Shown one piece after another: positions 10,251 through 23,015 of a stretch of 32,669 nucleotides of DNA. The number at the start of each line of letters is the position of its first letter. Position 1 is the first letter of the stretch. The translations under genes and the position numbers were made by a program. The notes under the pieces are model-generated. The model had not been told where the DNA came from. It searched no databases and worked only from the letters and a program-made list of their open reading frames with translations. Origin of the DNA: Geosiphon pyriformis uo1 (lineage: Eukaryota; Fungi; Glomeromycota); contig JAAOMT010000197.1 in the NCBI GenBank assembly GCA_016748015.1, positions 1 to 32,669 on the forward strand, in the 5' to 3' direction.

Positions 10251-11264
10251 AAAGCGGTAATAAAAAATACCTTAGTGTTATAAGAAAATAAAAATTCTCT
10301 AAATTGGCAAGTAAATTTGCTTACTTGCCATTGGGGAACTTTGTTTGCTAAGAAATGCAAAACAAGTAATCAAGAATTTTGGCTTTGATTGGCAGAATTC
10401 CATATTTGTTCTCTTATGGTACACGCGACCATTATAAATTAAGGATTAATAACCTGTTGAATAAACTCGTTTTATCTTTGCGTAATTTTTTGACTTTATT
10501 CCCCGCATTTATCTTTAGGTGACCCAATAAGAAAATTTTCCCACCCTTTGTCCCTTACAATATTATGAGTCAAATATTTCATTTTGTGATATCTTTTATC
10601 TCACCAAACTCAAAAGATTCCCAATCTAAAATTTCCCCCCATAATCTTTTATCATTTTTCATAAAAATAAGTTCTCATTGATTCCATGAATCCCGTTTAA
10701 CAATAACCTTGAAATAATTGTTAATTATCGATTTAAATCTAGCTTCAGGTCCACAAAGCAGCACCTGCTAAAAATCACTACCTGCTGCGGGAGCACAACA
10801 CAATCGGATCACCATATCACCACATAAAGGACATTCAAGAGCAAAAACGATTAGTGAATTGATGAGAAAAATAATTTCAATGACTAAATGTGGCTATTCT
10901 CTCCGATGATCATTGATTTCTCTCTTGCAGCCCCCGCGAGACAAAAGAAGTTTAAAAAAATGTTTAATTTACCAATTTTCTACATCAACCTAAACAATAT
11001 GACAATTGACTTTCTATTTGCCTAATCTCCCACCATCATTTGGATCCCGAATCCAGGAAAAACTTATTTTATTGGGACGATCATGGTGATCATCGATCAT
11101 CCAGTCGTTTCTAAACTAATCCCAGTTACCTCGGAATTTTTTACACCAGTTTTCGTGAGCACATAAAACCCCGCTTCTCCCCTTAAAAAAATTATTAACA
11201 GGATGTCTCTTGTTTTCTCTAGTATCATCTTCTGTCTCGATACTACATAATCAAAGGCAAAGTC

Positions 11265-12809
11265 ATGTCTCCAAACGGTAAAGTTCGCAATCTCGAAACT
11301 TAGGTGTAATGAGCAAGTTATTCCCATTTCTCGAAAAAAGCCGTGCTTGACCTTTGCTTCGCTTTCAACCCCCCCCCCCAATTATGGCATATTGTTTTGT
11401 TTATGAAAAGTGAGCACACTCGGACGTTTACGTATCGCTCTCTCAAACCTATCAAAAATTCCCCCAACGAAAATCAAGTCTCCCGCCTCACAACCACGTC
11501 GTGCCAGTGTTTCAATAATAATACGGATTAGACCTAATTTAACCACCACTAGCGCTGATGATTCAATACAAGCAATCAATGAAGAAGATCCCCTCATCAT
11601 AGATCTTGACCAATTTTGGGATCTAAATTGGGTGAACCAAGGCAAACCTGAAATATTTTATATTAAACGTGCATTAAGAGATGGAGATCGATGGAGTGGG
11701 CAAATGGCCTTTCCTGGTGGGAAACGAGACCCCGAGGATGTGGACGATTTGGATACTGCCGAGAGAGAAACATTCGAAGAAGGTAAGGATCCAATGATCT
11801 GATTGATGATTTATTTTTATACAAGTATCAATTTCAAATGGAAATAAGACTTGGGCAAACTATAATTAGATGAGGTGAATTAACCTGTCTTCATGGCTTC
11901 AAGTGGGATTGGATTTAGGCAATACGAAACAATTTTTATGTTTGGGTGCTTTGGATGATCGAGAGGTCACCACCACATTTGGCAAGAAATTATTAATGAT
12001 CCTGTGTCCTTTCGGTGAGTTTTACTCCAATTCAGTTTACATCTAACTATAATTCGAAACTGTTTTTTTTCGCTACCTAAATTTATCAATCCTTTTCTGT
12101 CATTCTAGTTTTTCTTCAAATCACTCCCAACTCCCTGCCCATTGAAATTTCCGGATCCGAAGTGGCCTCCGCTCATTGGATTCCACTTGATCACTTTTTT
12201 GACCGTGTACTCACGCAAACTTGGGATCCGGTCTCGGTTGATATTTCTTCGCGTCTCGCGCCCAATTCATGGATTCTTCAACGAATGCTACAGACGCTTA
12301 CGGGCCGACTCCACTTTCATTGTATAAAACTCCCATCTATTGTCTCTTTTATCAAAAGTCCACCCAACACAAATATTGAACAAGTGCAGAAAGAGCATTT
12401 ACATTTATGGGGTCTGACTTTACAAATGACCAGCGATCTTATAGATATGATGTATACGGCTGAGGAAGAACCACCGCGACGGTTGGATGCCATTAGACCA
12501 AAATTCGATTATCCTGACGTGAATTTCTTTATTTGGTTTTTCCTAAGGGAGAATAGGGGCCAATATCATCGAAAAAAGATGGAGTTGGCTACTAGAAGGT
12601 ACTTTATTAAGGGAGATCCTTACCTTAATTCATATAATTATGATTTGACTGACTTAATTTGCATTGATACCACTAGAACAAGTTGGGCGGGTGGGTGGTC
12701 GGATTATTATTCGGCTGTTAGGAAAGCCTTGCTCATTGCCATTTTTACTAGATCAATATTTGCATTTTGGTTATTGCGCCAAAGTTCACAATATTTACTT
12801 AGCTCTTGA
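11265..12809 (+). CDS. Nudix hydrolase, CoA-pyrophosphatase-like (PCD1/NUDT7/8 family), about 5 exons
   Basis: KRALRDGDRWSGQMAFPGGKRDPEDVDDLDTAERETFEE|VGL is a NuCoA-like motif plus Nudix box. Downstream EVASAHWIPL and LWGLT. A 13-nt first exon ATGTCTCCAAACG|GTAAAG splices in phase to 11411. Confidence 0.88.
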
Positions 12810-13031
12810 TCTTTCGCAAGTTTCTCATTCTTTTGTATGTACCGGGGAAGGGAGCCGAATCTTTCAGCTCTGCAGGAATCAGTATTTCACTTGATTGAAA
12901 TCATTAATCTTACAACGATTTTGGAATAATTTATACAACCAAACATTATGGCTTTTAGTTAAGAGATTAATTTTTCATTATTTCTCGGGTAATGTATGAG
13001 GAAAAGAATTTGAATAGCAACATCACTTGTA

Positions 13032-14061
13032 CAGACGGGTCACACAAAATTAGGATGATTTACTCAAAATCATTAAGAATTTTAAAGATTGCACTTGTGT
13101 GGTTATTGTTAATAACAAAAGACACACAAATGGGTCGCCAAAAGATCTTGGTAAAAATGCTCAATAAAGGTGTTCACCGCAAAAAATGCGCGCACTATTG
13201 GACGGTCCGCTACTTGCTTTAAAAATGCCTTAAACGATAACAGTCGAAAATCTATTGTTGATAAACGTTCTAAACGTCGAATTCTCTGGGAAATCAAAAA
13301 TCCAACAATAGGAAAGATGTCAAAACATCCGTTTACTAATCTAAAACTCAAATTAATGAAAACTCTAAAAAAAAAACAATATTACATCTTACATAATGCA
13401 TAATGCATAAGAAACCAATGATTGATGAAGTAAACCAGATCAAACGGTTAGAGTGGGCTAAAACCTACAAGCATTGGACCAAAGAAGATTGGTGACGTGT
13501 TCTTTGGACATACAAATCTCGTATATGTGTCATAAAAGTGAGCTTTACAACTCTGATCATACACGAGAAACCGTTAAAAGTGGATGTATTTGATTCGTAC
13601 CCTTCACGTATGGCTGGTGAATCATACGGAAGCCTTATATTAGATGTAGTGCATCCAATGATTATGACTGCTGAAAAAGCAATATTTCACTCCAATTCAC
13701 AAGTGAAAGCTTGCGAAAGAGCTCCAAGATAATCTTGGAATTGTGAGTTTGGAATGGCTTCCACAATCGCCGGATCTTAGTCCAATAGAAAATATGTGGA
13801 AGGAAGTTAAGAATTGGTGAAATCAAAATCGAAAGCCACGAACAGAAGCTGACTTGGAGGAGGCACTGCGTGAACTGCTATTCTATTAGAGACTATTCTT
13901 CAATTTATTGACTCGATATGCAAAACCGTGTTAAAGAAGTTATAAAAAGAAAGGGTTATGCGACCCATTGGATAGACGTTTATTTTTCAATAGTGAAAAA
14001 GTTTAATTTTATTAGATATATATATTGAGAAAATCAGCCTAATTTTGTGTGACCCCGTCTA
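13032..14061 (+). mobile_element. Degenerate Tc1/mariner DNA transposon with terminal inverted repeats
   Basis: Left TIR CAGACGGGTCACACAAAATTAGGATGATTTACTCAA, preceded by TA, matches the right end TTGAGAAAATCAGCCTAATTTTGTGTGACCCCGTCTA. Transposase remnants RLEWAKTYKHWTKEDW*RVLWTYKS and LEWLPQSPDLSPIENMW. Confidence 0.92.
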
Positions 14062-14600
14062 TTACAACAAATTAAATTTTTAAAAGTGCGTTTTATTAAA
14101 AACATTTTTTATATAAATAATTATTATCATAAATTATTTAAAATAATATTATTCAAAATTTTTTTTTTAAGTTACATTTTTAATGTAATGTTATGAAAAC
14201 CCCATCAGTATATTCTAGTATTGAAGCCGTAGACTTAATATGGGTTATATCTTTAAAATTAAAAGCCGGGAAAAGGTGATGCTCCTCTCTTGTGGGTTAA
14301 ATCATTTTATTTCACATACTTCAAAAAGTTTTAAAAGACTACGTTCATTATTTATGAAAAACTTAAAAAATTTTAATTTCTTGGAAATCAGATACTGCAT
14401 TCTTGATTATTTTTTCACTTGTTCTTTCGGATCAGTTCGTTTTCTTTTGAATTCTCTTTCAGCCGAACTAAAAGGGTAATTAAAACTGAAAAATTCACTA
14501 TTACAAAAAGAAAAGTAAAGAGCGTTTTTTTTTGTTTATAACAGAGAACGTATTTGAATTAAATAAAAAAGGAAAAGTGGATAAATTTTATCACTTTGTA

Positions 14601-14658
14601 CCCCACCCACCCACCCCCNNNNNNNNNNNNNNNNNNNNCCCCCCCCCCCCCCCCCCCC
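14601..14658. other. C-rich tract containing a 20-N assembly gap (14619-14638)
   Basis: (CCCA)n and poly-C on either side of the Ns. Confidence 0.95.
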
Positions 14659-14680
14659 GAAATTGCTTTATGGCCTCATT

Positions 14681-17188
14681 TCACTTTGTCTGATTTGCCG
14701 CAGCCCATGACTGAACCTCCTCCACCACCTCTTTCCATGTCCTTCCGCCTTCCCATTGCATAGAATCCCCTTCTTTTTTATTCAAAATCAATGCCGCGAT
14801 TGCATCCCCCACGTACTCTGGCCTCCGCATTCCGACTAACGCACATCCCACTCGGGCATCTGATAATACGATTCTTAGCGCTTTTACCGACAAGGGGGAA
14901 TAATATTTTGACGCGTTTGTTTTAGAACGAGTAAGAGGGTTCGGTCTGTCAACATCATTATCGTCTTCGAATTGAAATTCATCTATACCCCAATTGATAT
15001 TGTGAGCGTTCAGGTGATTATAATCAGATAACGACGAGGAAGAGGAGTAAGATTCAGTGGATAATTGAGGACAAATAGTCGAGATTAGTCGGTCTAGTTC
15101 GTCATTTGTAGAAAGTAATTCTGCACGAGCGTGGGATTTTATGTGGTTTAGTAGAGATTTTGTTTCCTGTTAGATTAATAGGATTGTTGGTGTGAATAAA
15201 AAAAATGTCTAAAATATCTATCAAGCATTAAAAAAATCGAAAAAAAATGCGACCATATCCTACCCGGGAATAATTATCTATCCATTTACACAATTTCACC
15301 TTTTCTTCCTTATCCAATCTAAAACCATCATTTTCGTTTTCATCGTCACTGACTTTTCCGTCCAAATATCCCCTTAACTCTTCTGAATCTCTATCAATAG
15401 CCGGCCTGATTTGTGTATCAAGATAATGTTGAGCAGCGAAATAGTTTTTTGAAAGACGGGTGAGGTTCTCGGCCAATACTTGAGCCCATGCGAATTTTGT
15501 TGATATAGGATGACCGATTGGGACTAGAGAATATGTTTTTAGTTTTAATTAATAGAAAGATTGGAGTGAAAAGGAAGAGTTAAATAAGAATTTGAGTACG
15601 GCAAATTATTGAAAATAAATAAAATGATTGTTAAAACCGACATGTTCCGTTCAAATTATTTTCCAATTCTGATACTTTGATAAAACCTGCCTCTAGGTTT
15701 TCAAAAATTTTGTCTTCAACTTATAATTAGATTGAGAAAATCAAAATAAAATTAGTGGTTAAAGGGTTGTAAAAGGTGGATATTTTAAAAATATCACCTA
15801 AATCCCGGTGATTCGTTAAAGTACGAATGATCCCACCAGTAATAGCTTGTAAGGGGCGATTAGTGAATAGGAAAATATCGTTTATCTAGTATTTCAATCA
15901 AACAAAAATTCCAATAAGCATTAAAAGACTGGATCTCATTAACAAAACTAAAATCTAATTTATTAACTCAAAATCCTAGAAACTCCCTCGACCTTTGCAA
16001 TATCGGCCAAACTCTGTGATTCCTCTCCGACCAATATATCCTGTTCAAACATATTTAACGGGACTTGGATGGCTACAAAATTGTGACGCGTTGATGGTGG
16101 GAGGTTGGACAGGATCTTTGGTAATGAAATGTGATCACTCGCACTTGGGATTGCCATAGAATTCGAGCAGATTCCGTAGCCTCCTATCCGACCTTTGATT
16201 TTTAGTTAAAAAATAGGTAGGATTAAATATGATTAAAATTTTGTAATCGAAATACAAGACGACAAAGGGATTAGATAAACCTAATTCTTGGAGATTTTTA
16301 AATCAGAAATCACAGAATTTCCAACCAAACCTTTTCGACACTCTTCATTGAGGTATACACAGGCTTCAGTAATCTCACGATACAATCTCTCCATCGAATA
16401 AACCTAAATTCCACATTCACATTCAAAATCATGCACACAATAAAATCAGATTATTGAGTCCACTACCCAGCGCAACTCAAGCTCATTCTTTTACTATACC
16501 ATAATACCTGATTTTGAGCTTTGACCATCCTCTCCGGATTATTAATCATCCATAAATCGATTTTGTCCACGCGCAATCGTTTCAAAGATTGTGTGATCTC
16601 TGCCTCTAAAAAATCAGAAGCGATACAATGAGCTGTTTTTTGATTTAGTTTTGCATACCGAGTGTTGATGTTAAGTGGAAGGGTGTCGCGAAGTTGGATG
16701 TATCCGGACTTTGAGATTATCACCGGTTTCTGAAGAAGAGGTGATATTGTGAGTAGGGTTTAGTCCTTCGAAATTGAAATTAAAAGATCCATATTATTCG
16801 TAGCGAGTCAAAGCATAATATATTCCGCATCACTTCCCTATTTCCTCAAATACAAAATAAAACAACTTCATTCTCTAAAAAAATAAATAAATTTCATCAC
16901 CTTTCGATCACCAATCAACTCTTTTTCTAGCACCTCACCAATCATCCTCTCACTATCCCCTTGTTCAAAATGTGAACTCGTATCAATAACATTGATTCCT
17001 TGCTCCAGAGCTTTATGCAATGCGTCACGACATCTCGGATCGCGAGTGTTTACCCGATATCCACCGAATCCGAGACGTGAGACCAGCTGCCCGGTTTTTG
17101 GAATTTTTGAGGTTGGAATTTCATGGGGATGATGAGTGGGGGGTAATGATCTCGACTTTAAGAGTCTTTGTGCTAAATCTCGAAACAT
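14681..17188 (-). CDS. Aldo-keto reductase family protein (about 8 exons)
   Basis: VSRLGFGGYRV, GINVIDTSSHF..GDSERMIG, IISKSGY, SLKRLRVDKIDLWMINNPE, GRIGGYGICSN, AIQVPLNMFE, CALVGMRRPEYV. Confidence 0.88.
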
Positions 17189-17491
17189 TATTGTGAGTCT
17201 AAAGATCAGACGGAAAAGTTTTTGTAATGATAGTTTTTGATAGAGATCACTTGATATTATATTATTATCATATTATTTTAAGATATACTACAAAATCTTC
17301 AATTTTATTACGGGATTTAATAATCTAGTATAGACTCTATAGACAAATTTTTAAAATAATTCCTCCCAATTAGTCTTCCCGATTTCGCTACTATTTCAAT
17401 ATAGCAATCTAGGATAATATGATATCAATTTTGATTTCCGAGAAAACAATGCTGAAAAAAAAGAAAAGAAAATAGAATACTAATTACACAT

Positions 17492-19413
17492 CTAATTGAA
17501 CTTTGCGTCAGCTTTATCCTCGTTTCCAGTAACATTTGGAGCGGTATTTGAAAACCCAGCAGCTTTATTGCCAATTGTCGATCGAGCATCTTTTACCTTT
17601 TTGTCCCCTAGCATCCTTGCTGGCCCAGATATAAGCTGTAGTATATCGAGTTTTAGAAATCATGTTAAAATGTAAAAAATTTCCCGTAAATTCAAAATAG
17701 CTTAATAATTCCCCAAAATAAAAACGGCATACCCAAGAAATGCTGCAGAGCAAGCTATCGAGAAGGAAATTATTTGTCGGTTGAATGCCTATATAGTAAG
17801 GCGTGTCAAAGAATTCAGAGAATTCATGAAGCTAAAGAAATGAAAGTACCTACTACAATAAAATAATTCTTACCTCGTGTACTAGCTCGCAAAACATCCC
17901 CTATTAAATCTGATGTGATACAGTAATTGTCTTTTTCTAAACCTATTTATGAAGAAATTAAAACTAAAGAAGTAGTCTCGAAAAAAATCCGAAATCTCAC
18001 TATGCTCTCTGCGTACCTTTATATAATGCTTTGGCACATTGTTCCGGTGTTGAACCATCATCTTCACCTTCAATAATTCTCGTAATCTTTGGTTTAGTTT
18101 TATTCTAATTGAAAAGCAGATCAGATCAACAATAAGATCAATTGAATATTAGAAAAAAAGAATCCAAGAATTAATTAAACCTCATTTTCAAATCCAGGTG
18201 TCATGATAGTTCCCGGGAAATAACAATGAACTCCTATATCATACAAGAGAAGTTCATTTCGCAAACAATCGGCCAACCCTAATTAGAAAAGTTCAATTAT
18301 TAATTTTAAATCAGTTGGCTTTGTATAGAATAAGAATTTATAAAGATGAAACATTTACCCCTAATAGCGTATTTTGTGGGTGCGTATTGACTATACCCGA
18401 TAAACCCGACAAACCCAAGAACCGAGCTAATCAATATAATCTTTCCTTTCACACCTTGATAAGCCATTCGTTTAGCACCTTCCTATCATAAATTTTATGA
18501 TGGAAAGCAATTTAATAAAGATTATTTTTCGAATTTAAACATATGGGTCAGAATCAAAAAAAAACCTACATGAACCGTGTACAACGTGCCAAAATAATTG
18601 AGTTTCATGCCATTTTCAAAATCGGAAACGGGTTGATCAATAAATATACCGGGTGTTGATGAGCCTGTATACGTGTGTAGAACAAAATCAGGGTAAAATT
18701 CGGTCAGAAACTTTCATTATCGAACAAAGATAATCTTGTTTATTCTTACCTGCACATGCGATAATAAAATCAGGGACTTGTCCATTATGTTTGGAGGAAG
18801 CTTCGTCTAGTGCATTAATAGAGTCTGCCTGAATTGTTACATCTGCCGAAATTGCATGGAATATTTGTTGTTCATTAACACGAGCCGCCTTTGGAATTCA
18901 ATACAATAGAATACAATACAATTCAATTAAATAATTATAATCAGGTCAAAGAAAGAGTGAGCACAGAAAACACATCAGAATGAAATATTCTAACAAAACC
19001 AACTTTGATTTCTTCCAACGCTTCATTTAAGTTCGTTCTGTCTCGAGCCACTATCGTTACAGAAGCGCCCTTCTTCGCCAAAAGTACACCTATAGCTCTA
19101 CCAAGCCCTAAACTACCACCGGTAATGTAAGCGTGCTATTCCACAAAGAAACGGTGAAAGATGAACTCAATTTTTTTGAAAAAAAAAAAAAAGAATAAAA
19201 ACTTATGCAACCTACAAAGTTCTCCCGCTAACTTACTTTTCCAGCCGGTTTAAACTGAGATCTACCTAGAAATTTTGCCAAAGCCGCATACCCCATAATA
19301 TAGCCAATAGACAGAAGTCCAATAGCGATAATAAGCGAGGCAAACGGGTGTAGTTTCCCGGCCAGGTGAGAATACGGGGTAAACTGTAGTATATAATCTA
19401 CGAGAGACCACAT
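17492..19413 (-). CDS. TSC10: 3-ketodihydrosphingosine reductase (KDSR-type SDR), about 10 exons
   Basis: N-terminal TM helix, HAYITGGSLGLG, SVTIVAR, LNYFGTLY, GYSQYAPTKYAIRGLADCLRNE (YxxxK), FPGTIMTPGFENENKTKP. Confidence 0.9.
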
Positions 19414-19560
19414 TTTTTTGACGGTCTGTGTTCACGGGAAGTATAGTGCTATAGTGGTGGTACAGTACAAAGAAAAGTATCAATAGATTCCCGCTAAATT
19501 TAGACAGTGCCATTGTAACAATGACATCATGATTTTAATTTTAAACTTACATTTCAAAAA
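19414..19560. promoter_or_regulatory. Compact bidirectional promoter between TSC10 and the 2H gene
   Basis: 147 bp between divergent ATGs; contains a CRE-like ATGACATCAT. Confidence 0.5.
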
Positions 19561-20394
19561 ATGACTTCCTCAACTCCTGCTCAAGTTATCTTACCCTTTC
19601 AAAAATCCTACAAATCCGCTCTCTGCATAATCCCACCACCTTCATCCAGTTATTCCCCCCAAATTCAATCCATCCGCAAAAAACACGATCCCCATATTAA
19701 AAGATGGCCAGATTCACACATCAATCTTCTCTACCCATTCACTCCTTTACCAATTGTTGGAAACGTGAAGTCTGCCATACTATCACGATTACAAAAGACT
19801 TTAAGGGGTCAAAAACCGTTTATTGTGAGATTAAAACAGCTGGATTACTTTATTCATGGGAAAAGAAGTGTGACCGTTTGGCTGAAACCTGAGTCATGGC
19901 CTAGTGAGGAATTGGAACGTTTGGAGAGGAGATTAGTGGACGGTTATGTATTGGATGATGATAATAATAATAATAATAATAATGATGTTGTAGTTGGAGG
20001 AGACGAAGTTAGTATTAATGATGAGGAGGAAAAAGAACAAGTTGGATTCCAAAATTTCGACGATTTAATTAAATTAGGTGGTGATCATGGGTTCACGCCA
20101 CATTTATCATTGGGTCGATTTCGCAGTGAGGTAAATTATTATCCTCATGGATAAAAAAAAAATACAAAACTTTTAACTAGAATGGAATCTTTTTAATTTG
20201 TAAAAAAAAATCAATTAATCTTGCCTCTTGATTTATAGCAAGAGGCGAAAACTGCAATCACACAATACAAAGCATTTTTCTCTGATGCCAAACAACCCAT
20301 AGAGTTTGTAGTTGATCATGTTTGTTTGATCACCCGTAGTGGATTTCATGATTCGTTTCAAGTTGAGGAGATTATTAGGTTTGATGAAAGTTAA
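19561..20394 (+). CDS. 2H phosphoesterase (2'-5' RNA ligase-like, LENG9-type); exons 19561-20130 and 20239-20394
   Basis: SALCIIPP...IRKKHD...RWPDSHINLLYPF and FTPHLSLGRF paired His motifs; phase-0 GT-AG intron. Confidence 0.85.
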
Positions 20395-20682
20395 AATAGG
20401 AAAATTTTGAAATGTGGAGGACTAAAGAATTCTAAGGGTAGATTAGGTTGGTATATTTTTTCTTAAAAATTGAATGAAATTTAACAAAACTGCAAAAATA
20501 TATGCAATAAAATTTTATCAAGAATTTTAGGAATTTAGAAAATATAATTGGATTAAACACAGTCGTTTCAATATTGGTTTGGTAGAAGCTGAAAAATTTT
20601 ACCCAAATGGGAATTATTATTATTATTATTATTTTACCTAAAAACGCAATCTTTATCCCCCTCTGATCAAATAACCCGAACA

Positions 20683-21703
20683 TTAAGAGCCAAACAATCC
20701 CCAATCAACAATTCGAAACGATTTTAAGAATGCTTTAAACTCTTCAAAACCAACATGTACATTTCCCTCCCGTGCGGTAAGTCGACTGCTACTGGTGGAT
20801 CCGATCAATATTGGGATATTATATGTGATTACAATATCGGTGGAATGTTGTGGTAGTCGAATGACGGCGAGAAAAATGTTGACCAAATTACGAGCATTCG
20901 GATCACGTTCATTGAATTTCGCAACTAGTTGTTGACCGCTGGCAAAAAACATTGAAGTGTCTGAACTTTTGTCGTAATAAGTAGTAAATATAAATAAAAG
21001 TGTTTGGGAGTAATGAAAAAGAAATAGCAAAAAAGAAAATGGATGAAAATTCTCACGGAAGGTTGGGGAAATCATTAGGGTTCAATAGTCCACTTTGTTG
21101 TAAAGTGCTATGGTTTTCGGCATCGTTATCAAAAGCGACCGAAGAAAAATGGAAACTAACAAAAAGCAATTTTAAAATTGTGATAATAAGATTCCCAAGG
21201 ATTTCCACGATAGTCACAAAAATCAAAAGTAGCGTATAATTTCCCCGAATTTTACCTTACAATGCTGGCAGGGTCTGAAGCTTCGGCAACCAATTCCAAA
21301 ATTTCTACAATGATACTTTGATCAGTATTTGGATCAGCAAATACTTCTTGGTTATCGGGGATTTCACGAATATCACTACATTTTAAACATGACATTTTGA
21401 AAACCAAGAAAAGTTAAAAAAATATGAATTATTTAAAAACTGGTCAAAGAAAATAAATAAATAAATAAATAAAAATAGTGAATCATTTAAAGACTGATAA
21501 AGAAAAATAGTGAATCATTTAAAAACTGGTCAAAGAAAATAAAAATAATGATACAAAAACCTGACATCCATGAAATGAGGAGGAATATTTGCTAAACATG
21601 CACCTCCAAATAATTGAGTTTCTGTCGAAGGGTTTTGGAGGGTGGTAATATTAGCGGTAGGTTCGAGTTGCGAAGGTTGGGTAGGTTGTGGGATGGTAGA
21701 CAT
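20683..21703 (-). CDS. MOG1: Ran guanine-nucleotide release factor Mog1 (4 exons)
   Basis: LFGGA, DVSDIREIPDNQEVF, DQSIIVEILE, FHF....DND, GQQLVAKFNE, IRLPQHSTDIVITYN.P, FRIVDWGLFG. Confidence 0.93.
21421..21545. repeat. Three imperfect ~32-bp direct repeats in MOG1 intron 1
   Basis: Unit approximately AATAGTGAATCATTTAAAAACTGGTCAAAGAAA. Confidence 0.8.
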
Positions 21704-22221
21704 TATTAATTAAGTATTTTTGGCGAAACAAAGAATTTAAAAGAAAAGAAAAGAGGAGAAAAAAAAAAAAAAAGGATAGCAGAAATTTAGGATGAAAGAT
21801 ATCAAAAGTTAAATTCACTTCAAGAGAGTTTTTAATTTGAAAATTTCCTCCAACATTATATATTTGTTTGGCGTATCACGAAAACCTGCGGAACAGTAAT
21901 TTTTGTGATTTTGACGGATTATGGTAATACATGTATCAAATGAATTAAGATTATGATATTCTTTTATACATGTAAATCAAAATTCAGAAATAGTAAGCAT
22001 CAAAAGTACAAGAAATAACAATTCTCATTTCAAATTAAAAAATCCGAATTACCACCAAATTTGTTTGTTAAGTTGATTATGAACATAAAATTTATTTACA
22101 AAATAATAAAAGTTCTTGTTCAATAGTTGTTTGTTACAAAATACGTATTATTTAAAGAGCAAAGAGGGATAATTTCGAAATGAGAGAAATAGTTGAGACT
22201 CAATCTAAAAATCGTATAGAA

Positions 22222-22280
<59 letters not shown>
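22222..22280. repeat. (ATT)n microsatellite
   Basis: Seen directly; similar tracts at 23454-23491, 29085-29125 and 30887-30914. Confidence 0.95.
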
Positions 22281-22403
22281 GTCATCATTAATTAGATTGA
22301 GCATATTATTTAAAAGATGGTAAAAATTAATTTTGAAACCTTATTCGTATTTACCTCAATAATTTGAACTCGATTAATTGAAAAAAGTAGATTCAAAAAA
22401 CTT

Positions 22404-23015
22404 TTAACCAGAACACCAGAAATCCATTTCATCAGTGTCTGTCTCGTTAATATTGGAATCATGTTGTGCAGAATTCCTACGTAAAAATGTTGTTCTAATT
22501 CTCTGGTTTAAAAAGGGAAAGGAAAGGAAAGGAAAGGATGATAATTTGATAAATAAAAAGTTGAAATTCAAAATTTTTTAAAATAAAAAAATAAACAAAT
22601 TAAATTAAAATTAACTCACACGAAAAATAGCCTTCCTCCTTTTAAAAACACGTCTAGCAATTTTTCTCAAACTTCCCGTATTTCCCCCATCATTTAAAAC
22701 CACCAAATTACTATTTCCCCCTGTTTGTTGACCGGTAACTTCTCTGAGCATCTGAGCATGAACAATTGTAGCAATTTCAGGCGAAGCAGCCCATACAAGA
22801 GTGAATCTTAATCCATTTGGGTGAAGTTGTCGAGGTGGAATGAATACTTGTACATTATTTAGATTATTATCTGTTTCCCCGATGGATGTGGCTGAGGTGG
22901 AATTAGTTGAAAGAGCACTTGTTTGAGAAAAGATTGAAAAGGTAGTGGATACAGTTGTGGAAGTAGAGATTGTAGAAAATTTACGTGAAAGGGGATGACG
23001 TTCTGATGAATTCAT
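22404..23015 (-). CDS. Hypothetical Ser/Thr-rich protein (2 exons)
   Basis: ORF 23015-22620, GTGAGT donor, CAG acceptor near 22503, in-phase exon RIRTTFLRRN...MDFWCSG*. Confidence 0.7.

Noticed and set aside
10740-10860. SRP-like CAGGTCC...AGCAGC, and minus-strand ECPLCGDMVIR resembling a Vps18 RING tail
   Set aside because: The SRP helix 8 loop and pairing are missing; the peptide match is short, lies in a ~40-codon frame and has no supporting exons.
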